From assembly GCA_964016885.1 (NCBI GenBank), contig OZ024743.1:256990001-257054000 (forward strand): a stretch of 64,000 nt of DNA, written 5' to 3'. The notes under the pieces are model-generated. The model was not told where the DNA came from and did not search any database. It saw only the letters and a list, made by a program, of their open reading frames with translations. Of this stretch, positions 1 through 10,542 are shown piece after piece. Made by a program: the position numbers and the translations under genes. The stretch comes from Eledone cirrhosa. Its lineage: Eukaryota. The stretch's first letter is position 1; each line of letters starts with the position of its first letter.

Positions 1-219
1 ACAAAATCATTTTTAATCTTTTTCTATTTATTTCCAATTAAATTTATTATTTTCTTTAAATGGTCAGACTGAAAATAATATAAAGAATGGAACAAGGTTG
101 GCACTCATTTGTTTAGTGAAAGGAATTAACATCATGACTGACCTGAACTATGAAGAAGAATACCTATAAGAAAAAGAAAAATTAACAAAGAAAAAATGTC
201 CGATAAATGGCAAATCTAA

Positions 220-450
220 AAATATAATGACAATGACAATAACAGCAACAGCTACAACAATAATGACAACAACTAAGATCATAGCTACAACAACAATAAT
301 GTAAATAATGATAATGACAATGACCACTGCAACAACAACTACTACAACGACCACAGAAAAAGATGACAATGACAATAATGGCAATAACAACAACAACAAC
401 ATCAACCAGAAGAACAAGGACAATGAAGGCAATAACAATGACAGCAACAT
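220..450. repeat. Degenerate (CAA/TGA/TAA)n trinucleotide tract
   Basis: Runs of aca/aat/gac triplets. The 148..450 ORF (poly-V/I/L) is its translation. Confidence 0.85.
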
Positions 451-500
451 ATATTGATCATTGGTTTAGTTATGGCAGTATTGGTAGTTATAGAAATTAA

Positions 501-680
501 CTGTTTCTACTTTAGGCACAAGGCCAACAATTACCTAGTGTATTACTGGTACTTTATTTTATCGACCACGTCAGGATGAAAGTCAAAGTTAACCTCGGCG
601 GGATTTGAACTCAGATCGTAAAGGGATGTAACTATGTTGGAAAGCATGGTGTCCGACCCTCTACCGATACTGCCAATCCA
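501..680 (-). mobile_element. tRNA-derived SINE (family A), full length, with 9-bp TSD
   Basis: Reverse strand has A-box-like TGGCAGTATCGG, B-box GAGTTCAAATCC and a body with TTTCATCC..GGTCGATAAAATAAAGTACCAG. It is flanked by the direct repeat agaaattaa (492-500, 682-690). Many similar copies occur in the window. Confidence 0.9.
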
Positions 681-838
681 AAGAAATTAATGAATGGTCA
701 TATGGATTTTGATGTGAATGGCTGTAGAAAGAGAGAAAAAAACCAAAAGAAAGATAGAAAGTTTTTCTAAAACAGACTGTACCAGAGAACTGAAACATGG
801 CTTTTTCATTTGTTTAATTCTATTTATTTATTCAATTT

Positions 839-847
<9 letters not shown>

Positions 848-893
<46 letters not shown>
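848..893. repeat. (TAT)n microsatellite
   Basis: Direct reading. Confidence 0.95.
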
Positions 894-894
<1 letters not shown>

Positions 895-1160
895 GAGTAT
901 ATGTCTGTAAATTAAAGGTGGAAAACTGGGAGAGGGCACTTGCCCTGGTGGTCAGGGTCACTGTGGCCTTTTAATGGGCTATCTCCACAATTGTCCCTCC
1001 GAAGTCTCCCCCCTATTGAGGAATTTTTCATTGTTATTTTTATTACATCCTCTGTTTTTGTTTTTTTACATGCAGAAATGCCCATTTGTACCGTCCTGTA
1101 TTGTCCTGTACTGTCCTTAATGTCTACTTTATGTAAACCCTTGTGGTTAATAAAGAAAGT
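895..1160 (+). mobile_element. Probable 3'-end/UTR fragment of a LINE between two (TAT)n tracts
   Basis: Non-repetitive segment ending in AATAAAGAAAG followed by (TAT)n. Family not identified. Confidence 0.4.
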
Positions 1161-1172
1161 ATTATTATTATT

Positions 1173-4100
1173 GTTCTTTGAGTCTCAGTCATTGATGTTA
1201 GTTAATTGGAAAGTTTGTTGAAATGAATATCAAGCCACTACCTGCAGCCTCAGATATTCAGGACATATCGGAGGGTTCTTGCTGTTCCCAGCAAGCATGC
1301 CTTTTGAAGTGTTCCAAAAAGCGGGGCGGGGCCAATTTTCTTTAACCATCCATTGAAACCTTTTGAGATAGTACCTAGTGCACCTATGACAATCGGAACC
1401 ACTTTGACCTCATAGCAGTTCCAAATCCTTTTTACCGCCCACTTTAAGTCCTGGTATCGGTTAATTTTCTCCCTCTCCTTCTCTTGCACTCTCTTGTTGA
1501 ATGGGCAGGCCACATCCACAATCAGGCACGATCTTATTTCCTTGTCCGTCTGTATCCTAAAATCCCATAGCACCTTCACCTGATCGTTTTCTATCACCGA
1601 CTCTGGCTTATGCTCATACCACTTCTCAGAATGTGGTAAATTGTTTACTTTGCATAGGTGCCAGTGGATCACCCTGCCCATCACATCAAATTCTCCAGCC
1701 TTTATAGTGAGTCTGGGCTAGGTGTTTACACTCGGATACAATGTGAGCCACAGTCTCCTGTCTCTCTCCACAGATCCTTCACAGTGGGCTAGCCTCCTCC
1801 TTGTAAATATGGTGTTTCAGTCACTTCGTTTTGAGGGCCTGCTATTGCACAGCCATTAGCATTCTTTCTGTAGCCTTTTTAAGGTTTCCTCTTCTCAACT
1901 AGTTCCATGTCTGTGGATCTCTGAATTCCGTTTTCTCAAAGAAGGTACTATGAAGGGATTTTTCATGAAGGCTGCTCTTCCTCCTTGTTGTTATTTCCTC
2001 CTTTTTACATCCCCTGGTCTATTGTTCCCTCCTTCAGTACAATTCTGAGCATTGGCTCCTTACTATCGGTCACGTATTTGTGTAGGTTGTTTTTCTCCAT
2101 CTGAACACAGTCCTCTATGCTGATAAGACCTCTTCCACCTTCAGATCTCCTTAAGTAGAGTCTATCGACATCACTCCTCTTGTGGAACATGTTGTAGATA
2201 GTCAATAGCTTCCTAGTCTTCCTATCCATTTCTTTTTGTTCAGCAACATTCCATCTCAGACTTCCCGCACTGTACCTAATAATAGACACAGCTCGGGAAT
2301 TTACTGCACTTATGGCATTCCTACTGTTCAGATGTGACTAATACGCTCCTTACTCTCCGAATGTATTCAGATTTCATTAATTCCTTCATTTTTTTTGTTC
2401 TTGATGTCATCAGCCTCCAGAATACCCAAATACTTGTATCCTTCTTCAGCGTCAATTGCCTTTATCATCTCACCTGTTGGTACCTGGATTCCGTTGCTTC
2501 TGCTCAATTTACCCCTCTTCATCACAAGGACTCCACACTTACTAATACGAAATTGCATACATATATAATTGCTGAAAATACGGACAGTGTCAACAAGCAC
2601 ATCTAACTTCTTCTCACTCTTCCTGAAGAGCTTTAGATCGTCCATGAAAAGGAGGTGATTGATGGTAAGCTCTCCCTTTCCCAACTTGTATCCTGCTCTC
2701 ACTTTTCGCAGTATAATAGTCAGAGGCATCAGGGCAAGGAAAAACAACAGAGGGGACAGAATATCTCCCTGGAAGATACCTCTCTTGATCTTCACGCCTC
2801 CCAAGGATTCTCCAGCTGATGTTAACTCTGTTTTCCAGGACTTCATACTTTTGCTCAACAACTGTCTGATGTTATCTGCCACCTTGAAGATCTCTAGGCT
2901 AGAATGAGGCACCATGTCAAATGCCTTTTTGTAGTCTATCCATCCCATGGCAAGACCAGTGTGTCATTTCCTCATTACCATCTTCTCAATAAGTAACTGG
3001 TCCTTTGTACCACGGGACTTCTTTCGGCATCCTTTCTGTTCGTCCGGTAACAAGTTGTTTGTGTGGAGATGATGGTAGATTTCCTCAGACACAATGCTTG
3101 TCAACAGTTTCCACATTACGGACAGACATGCAATAGGTCTATAGTTGGTAACATCATTACCCTTGATTCGGTCTTTCATTACCAGAACTGTGGTACCTTT
3201 TGTCAACCACTCTGGTACCTCACCTGACATCAAACAGTCATTGAACATGGTTGTCTGTTTCGGGTGGAGGGATGTTACATTTTTAATCCAATACCCCTGC
3301 ACACCATCTGGGCCTGGTGATTTCCAGTTGGTTATTTTTTTGGCCTGCCCCTTAAGAGTTTCAACTGAGATACTCAAAGCAGTTTGTTGGTGTGCCTGTT
3401 CACTAATCTCCTTTTGTACTGTCTCAATCCACACTGCCTGGTCATTATGTTTAACATCCTGCTCCCATATTCCTGTCCAGAATGTTTTAGTTTGTTCCGC
3501 CTCAGGGATCAAGTCGTTGCCTCTTTCTTTCCCTTCAAGCTGTCCAAACAACATCTTCTGGCTGTTGTCAAACATGCGCTTCTGTCTATACTGACTGACT
3601 CTGCTCTCGTATCGCCTAATTTTTGCACTCTTTGCTACAATGCGTTGCTTCAGTTCCTCTATGATAATATTTAGCTTCTTCCTCCTAGTTTTGTACTTTA
3701 TTTCCAGTCTATTTTTAGTGTCTATGTTTTTTAGTGTCCCATTCAGTAGGGACTCAAGCTTTCCAATGTCATTTCTCATTTCCCTGATTTGACCATTCAG
3801 TCGTTTCTTCCACCAAGGTTCTGATCTTTCTTGTTTGTTGTTTCCTCTCGCTTTTATGCCAAGTAATTTCCTCACCGCATTTGCTGTTGCTTTGAGGATA
3901 TTGTTGCACTGGTGAAGGCTCCTCGCCTCAAGGTATGGGATGACTTTGTTTACCTTAGCTGTTGTTTCTTTTAACTTTTTCCTGTCTACAAATCTTAGGT
4001 TCATAGGTTTCCCACTATCATTGTTCATTTCATCTACCACTAAGTTTAGGATATCAACCAAATCTTGACCTAGCCCGTCAGCATTCATCTCCTCAATGGC

Positions 4101-4628
4101 TGTATCTTTGTTCCAGGTATTATTCATTTCAGCATTCAGATCATTGTCTGCTTCGGATGGTTCCTCCATTCTCTCAACCCATTCACCTTCATTTCCCACT
4201 GGCTCGTTTGCCTGGCATACTCCACTTTCCATTTCTAACCTAATCTCTGATCAGTTCCTCCAGTTCCAGCTCGCTTATCCACCCATTAGTTCTTATTACC
4301 CAAGCCTGCCCAGCCAATTTTTATTCATCTAATTTAAGTAGACCAATCTCGTTCCAGATGTTATACATCCGTTTCCTATAGCCTTTCTCCTTGGGGTTAC
4401 TCTTCAGGTAACATTGCATACCACTTCTATTCAATTCTTTCGTCCAGTTGGTTCTGGTCCCTTTCCTTCTTCTTCCTCCGACACCAGCAGTATTTGGTTG
4501 ACAGCCAGGTCCCTGCTGCTGAGCCTGGGAGCACCTGCTGGGTGAGAGTCTGTCACATGACATTCCAGTTTCCACTTCACCGTTATTCGAACTGATTAGG
4601 TTCGACATTGAAACACTCTTATCGAGGA
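1173..4628 (-). mobile_element. R4/Dong-clade RLE non-LTR retrotransposon, near full length, decayed
   Basis: N-terminal WTKELN..CYLKSNP..GYRKRM motif. RT motifs WIDYKKAFDMVPH, GIFQGD.LSP and HLLFMDDLKL. CCHC remnant (*RICGERQETVAHIVSEC, about 1730-1785). RLE C-terminus LWDFRIQTD..CLIVDVACP..VVPIVIGALG. Flanked by (TAA)n on both sides. Confidence 0.9.
1250..4608 (-). pseudogene. Disrupted RT-RLE polyprotein of the R4/Dong element
   Basis: ORF pieces 4321-4608, 2964-4232, 2367-2948, 2005-2289 and 1250-1684 are colinear and separated by frameshifts and stops. Confidence 0.9.
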
Positions 4629-4662
4629 TATTATTATTATTATTATTATTATTGTCATTATT

Positions 4663-4693
<31 letters not shown>
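4629..4693. repeat. (TAT)n/(TTTA)n microsatellite
   Basis: Direct reading. Confidence 0.9.
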
Positions 4694-5238
4694 TAGCAAG
4701 ATTAATGTGTCGTGTTAATGAAATATCTTTCATGCGAAATTTTATTGTCATCTCCAACTGTTAAACTTCTGCTCATGTTTTAAGTGCTTTTTTACCTTCT
4801 AAACAAAACAAATGTGTAATTTATCAACGGAGCATTAGACTAGATATTATTTTTTTTATTATTGTACTTTTTTTATTTTTACTTTAACCACTTGTTGGTT
4901 TAAAACTATGTGGTTTTTCATCAATAAACCACAGATGTGTAGCAGCAGGGAGCAATTGGTTTTAGTAAACCATTTCTGATTGATATTGCTCATGGGCTCC
5001 ATACAGAGGCGGGTGAATTGGCAGAATCATTAGAATGAGTCTCAGATAAAATATCTTGGAGTATTTGTTCCAGCTCAATGTGCTCCACTGGAACACTGGA
5101 AATAATAGTCAAGTCTCTGTGAAATCACACCCCACTGACTTTAAAAAATGTAGAACACATTGGATAATGAAGTCTTAAATAAACTATTTAAATAAAAGTT
5201 GGAATAGTCATATCTGAAACTCAATTTAATCATGTTTG

Positions 5239-5662
5239 CCAGATCATTGCTGACCTAGGGTTAAATAACAACATAGCAACCAATACAAATCTCTGCCTGA
5301 TCATTGCTGACCTAGATTTAACTCTTTAGCATTTACATTACTCTATATTTACTATTATATTTTCATATTAAAGGCTTTACCTCACATAATATCAAATCTA
5401 TGAGATTTATTTTGAGAACAATACCTTAACATCAGTATGAGAAGCTGGTTACAGCTAGTTTGAACAGAAAAAGGTAAGAGAATTCTGGCCGGATATGGCT
5501 GGTTTAAATGCTAAAGGTTTAAATAACAACATAGCAATATAGCAACTAATGCAAGTCTGTTCCAGATCATTGCTGATCTAGGGTTATATAACATAGCAAC
5601 CAATAAAAGTCTCTGCCAGAGCATTGCTGGCCTAGGACTTCATAACAACATAGCAACCATTA
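5239..5662 (+). repeat. About 57-bp minisatellite (4 units) interrupted by a MITE
   Basis: Units of CCAGATCATTGCTGACCTAGGGTTAAATAACAACATAGCAACCAAT start at 5239, 5296, 5562 and 5616. Confidence 0.8.
5322..5518. mobile_element. piggyBac-like MITE (about 197 bp)
   Basis: TIRs ctctttagcattta / taaatgctaaaggt, with TTAA on both sides (5318-5321, 5519-5522). It splits a minisatellite unit at its TTAA. Confidence 0.75.
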
Positions 5663-6467
5663 CACCAATACCAGAACATAGCAACAAATCTAAAACCAGC
5701 CATAAGACAGGTGTGTTCCCATGATCTAGTGGTGTCAATTAAGACCTCCCCCAGTAGACAATATGTCAATTAGATTCTCTGACAACAGTCAGTAAATAGT
5801 CAACAGACAGCTAAACAGTCAATAACAAGTTAGCATAGCTAACCAAATCTGACAAGACAGCCTAATAGCATACAGAATGTTTTACTAAATGAGACTAATA
5901 TAAGTGTTGCTTCTGTTATGAGTTTACTATATGAATGACTATATTTTTCGTGAATAAAATAAAGAAGAATTTTGAGGGATTTACTGAAATTATAAATTAT
6001 TCCATTGCTACGAATGTAACTTAACATCTTTCTTAAATAAGATAATGATGGAAGATATTAATTTAAATAGGAACCCTTTAAAATAGGTGGTTTTATTTCA
6101 CAAAACCAGAGCTGATTTTGGTCAGGTTGGTATGAGAAGTGTTAACCTAAATCTATTAAACATGTAATGTAATAAAGTTTACATCGTTCTATAATCTCAT
6201 TATTATCTTTAATCCTTTGATACCAAACCTCCTGAAACTGCCACCAGTTCTATGATACAAAACTGTTTATTTCAATGTGAATATGTTTATCTAAATAAAA
6301 AAATAAAAATACCATCGTAAATTTATGTAAGATTATGTTAAGTTCCAAACAAATACCAACTTAATAATGAGAAAGCTAGTTATGTTACTAATTCTCTTCA
6401 AATTTCTGATTCTTTCAAAATGATTTGAAAATCTTAACCAGTGTTTCTTATCAGAAACATAGTCAGG

Positions 6468-6830
6468 AAAGGTGAAGTCATGTAGCTGAGTGGTTAGAAA
6501 GTTAGGCTTGCAATCATGAAGTTGTGGGTTTATTTCCCCAACCAAGTGGAGTGTTGTGTCTCCGAGGAAAACAATTTATTTCACATTGCTCCAGTTCACT
6601 CAGCTGCAAACAATGAGTTGTGACATCACATGTGCCAAGCTGTATCAGCCTTTATCTTTTCCTTAGAAAATATTACTGGCATGGATAGGGAAGACTGGAA
6701 TACATGGGCAAATGCTAGTCTTCCACAAAAAACAAGTTACTTGACTTGTGCCATGGAGAGAAACATTCTAGGTGCAACCCCATGGTCAGCCATGAACAAA
6801 GGCAGTCTGTCATATAATGATGGGTAAAGA
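6468..6830 (+). mobile_element. tRNA-derived CORE-like SINE (family B), decayed
   Basis: Head TAGCTGAGTGGTTAG. Core TTTATTTCACATTGCTCCAGTTCACTCAGCTG..ATGAGTTG. Homologous to 12481-12820. Confidence 0.75.
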
Positions 6831-7433
6831 AAGGGTTAAATAATCTTCTGCTTACAACAAAAATCATAACAGCAGTTCTAGAGTAAGAAATGAAACAACT
6901 CTCTATAGATAATGGGCAGAGAACAACACATTTATAACATATATTACAATTGGCTTCCATTGAATGACATGAAAAGCAGATATATCTGCTTCTTTTATAA
7001 GATATGTTTTAGTCATTAAAGACTAGTCCTGCTGAAGGACTGCATAGAAGGGATTTTAGTCAATTGTATCAACCCCAGATCTTGGTTTTACAAGCCTGGT
7101 AGATTATTTCATCATTCTCTTTTTGGTAAACCACTATGTTATGTAATATAAACAGTAATAAAATGTGAATATCATCATCATCATCATCATCATCATTGTA
7201 CCAAACTGAATTGTGTATTGTTTGCTTGTTGCTGGCACTAGATGTGACAGTGTAATGCTTATTCTGTCTCTAGGATATTTTAACCTAATTGGATTGCTCT
7301 CTGCAAAATATTAGGTATGTTGTTTTCTATGATATTGGTAGCATGCAAAATACTGCAGTCTTGGATTTTTAGCTCTAATTCTCTCATAAAGCTATCATAG
7401 AGTCACATGATCATTATATATTATATCTCCAAA

Positions 7434-7642
7434 TATGTGTGTATATATATATGTGTGTATATATATATATATGTGTGTATATATATATGTGTGTGTGTGC
7501 ATATATGTATATATATATATATATATATGTGTATATAGATATGTATGTATATATATACATATGTGTATATAGATATGTATGTGTATACATATATGTATTT
7601 ATGTATATATGTATATATATATACATATATAAATATATATAT
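7434..7642. repeat. (TA)n/(TG)n compound microsatellite
   Basis: Direct reading. Confidence 0.9.
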
Positions 7643-8525
7643 GTCGCAGTCCTGATCGCTTATAGATGTCCTCTATTAAGTGTCAAAACATCATGATCTC
7701 GGTTTTACAGCTGATGAAGGATCTCTTTTCTTCTTTCTTTTCTTCTCTTGTTTTGTCCATACTACCATCTTAAACTTTGTTTACAGTAACCACACAGCTC
7801 CTTTCATTTTTTATAATGTTGTATTTACCGCTGTGACACTCCTCTACCTGATTTGCTCTATCTGCGGTTCCACCACATTTTCATATCGACTCTCTCCTTC
7901 TCTCTTTTCCCTTTTTCCTCCTCTCTCTATCCATCCGTTCATTTTCAATTGCTGTCGTAAAACTTCTCTGGTTTTGATCGTTTACGACACGTTTTACAAC
8001 TGTCGTAAATCTCCTTTGGATTATCTCCCTTTGCCTTCTCCCTCTCGCTTCCAGTTGCTCTGTCTCTCTCCACTTCGATTGAGTTGACATGGTAAAAATC
8101 GGCTCCTGTTATCGCATCCCACCAGACTTACGTCTATTCAGTACGCTGTAACTTATCCTATTCTATTTTTTCCGCGTTTACTCACTTGCATGTTCCATTG
8201 TCCTATGTCCCCCCACTATCTGGTCTGTTTACCTGTTTTTTCTTTTTCTTCCTCTCTCCTCACTAGCTTTCCCCCTTTTTTTCTTCTTCTTTTTTTTCTT
8301 TTTCCTTCCTTTCTCTTTTCTTTCCCTCCTGGCCTTTTGATTGAGAAAAATCCTTGGGCGCACCGCTGATCGCTTATAGATGTCCTGTATTAAGCACCAA
8401 AACATCTTGATCTCGGTTTTACAGCTGATGAAGGATCTCTTTTCTTCTTTCCTTTCTTCTCTTGTTTCATCCATACTACCATCTTAAACTTTGTTTAAAG
8501 TAACCACACAGCTCCCTTCGTTTCT

Positions 8526-8533
<8 letters not shown>
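7643..8533 (+). mobile_element. Element with about 166-bp terminal direct repeats (probable Penelope-like pLTR remnant) inside (TA)n
   Basis: 7652-7817 is repeated at 8366-8531 (offset 714). Pyrimidine-rich interior. Each repeat contains CTGATGAAGG. TA tracts on both sides. Confidence 0.55.
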
Positions 8534-8557
<24 letters not shown>

Positions 8558-8726
8558 AATGTACGTGTTTCCAAACACTTTCAATCAACAGAATTTCACT
8601 AACAAGGTATTGGTTAAAGTGAGACAATAATGGATGAAGCACAGGGACTGAAATGGATGCCTCGTGGTTTCAAAGCAAGGAACTTAACCACACAGCTATG
8701 CATATACATATATAAATATATTTAAT

Positions 8727-8883
8727 ATAGAAATGGCTTCTACAGGAGTAGGACTGTTTCCTGATGATTTCCTCTGAATGAAATAGGTCTAGTCCTGTAG
8801 AAGCCATTTCTATCTTAAATATTTATACTCTGCTATGTATTGTACCTTACTTACTGTGGTTACCCCATATTGAACCCGGGATA

Positions 8884-8887
<4 letters not shown>
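8727..8887 (+). mobile_element. Penelope-like terminal fragment with inverted duplication and hammerhead core
   Basis: Inverted arms 8727-8760 and 8780-8813. CTGATGA at 8761, GAAA at 8780, GTC at 8787. Followed by (TA)n. Confidence 0.55.
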
Positions 8888-8937
<50 letters not shown>

Positions 8938-8945
8938 CATATATA

Positions 8946-10238
8946 TCACAACAAAACTCTAATAGGCCTAAATTACAACCCACCCACAACAACTTACAAA
9001 ACCGCAACGGAGAACTTGCACACAGAAAAACCTCAAATTGTAATTGCCACCTACCGGATAAGCGCCCACTACAACATAAATGCCTGGATTCGGGTATGGT
9101 ATACCTACTTGGTACTACATAGGTTTCACGGCTGGGGAGTTCAAGAAAAGGTGGTACGTCCACAGACACTCCATGAAGGACCGTAGACTGGAGAACTCTA
9201 CGACGCTCACCAATAAATACTGGCAGCTTAAAAACAAAAACCTAGAATTAGCTAAAGATTAGCTGGTCAAAATTATCGGTAGCAAGGGCCTACAGCAACG
9301 GAATGTCCCACTGTGGACTTTATAATTTAAAACTACTCCATATTTTAAGGTACGGTGAGATGCTGCTTAACAGCAAAATAGAAAGATCAATTTTCTGTAG
9401 GCATAAAATAGCTACCAGATTCACAAACTTAAAACCACCATGATTTGAACCAGCAATCCCAAAATCAGAACTGAACCACCTAGATTTTAGCATATAGAAT
9501 ACACACTATCACAATGCTATTAGCTGTCAAACGGCCAACTGGTCACTGGATCATAAATCTCTGAACATCTCTTTCACCCTCTTTCCCTGAAACAGCATCA
9601 ACCCCATTAAGATAGAACAATCAGCAAAACATTTACAACACACGTTTGTCAAACCTCCCTTCACAACCCACCCCTAGCCCTTAAATCTCATACTTGTATC
9701 CCCCAATTAATATATAATTGATTGCTTCTTCTTTTTTCTTTTATCTGTCACTACATCAGACTTTCTACACATATCTATGTATATTTCGAATCTGGTTTTT
9801 CATGTTAGCACTAAATCGACCAAGGAATCCTTATAAGAACACTTACTCACCACAAACATACTATGCTCTCTCTTATCCTTATTTATTTCTTTATATTTTC
9901 CATTTTCTTATTTTCTTACTTTTTAATGTACCCTATCTTATATTTTACTTTTTACTTTTTACATCTGTAACTTCTCTACCTATTTACCATATATGTTTTA
10001 TTATTTATGTTATTGTTTTGATTATACGCTATTCTTCTATATATGTCTTGCCTCGTGTTAATTATTTTTATATCTACGTACTCTGATGTGTTGATCAGAG
10101 GTAAATAATGTATTGGAGATCGAGTGATGCAACTTCTAGCGATTAGCGAACTCTAGACTCACCTGATCAATGAAACAATTGTCAGTACTTGAAATAAAGC
10201 CCCTTATTGCACAGCCAACCATGTTACTCTTCATTCTT

Positions 10239-10243
<5 letters not shown>
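8946..10243 (+). mobile_element. Penelope-like element 3' fragment (GIY-YIG endonuclease remnant, 3' UTR and hammerhead)
   Basis: Frameshifted translation NCNCHLPDKRPLQHKCLDSGMVY..YYIGFTAGEFKKRWYVH..TTLTNKYWQLK..LLNSK..FCRHK matches a C-terminal PLE GIY-YIG domain. TA tracts on both sides. Confidence 0.8.
10078..10188 (+). ncRNA. Type I hammerhead ribozyme-like motif (A9 substituted, long stem II insert)
   Basis: Stem I gtact/agtac. CTGATG(T) at 10083. Stem II ttgatcag/ctgatcaa. GAAAC-AATT-GTC at 10172-10183. Confidence 0.65.
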
Positions 10244-10273
<30 letters not shown>

Positions 10274-10371
10274 TCATCATCATCATCATCATTTAACGTC
10301 CATCTTCCACGCTAGCATGGGTATATATATATATATACAAATATAAATTAGCGAGAATCGTATTTCGGCTT

Positions 10372-10402
<31 letters not shown>

Positions 10403-10542
10403 ATATGTATGTATATGTCTATATGCTTGTCTGTGTGTGCATATTGCCTACTATATCAAGCATGAAACTAATAAAATATTTCTTCATTGTACTTTGTTGT
10501 TTGCTTTGCTATTTCTGTTTGCCTTTTGCATACAATACATAC

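Noticed and set aside
6100-6260. Possible additional piggyBac-like MITE ends (..gagaagtgttaa; ttaatcctttgatacc..)
   Set aside because: Matching partner termini could not be located.
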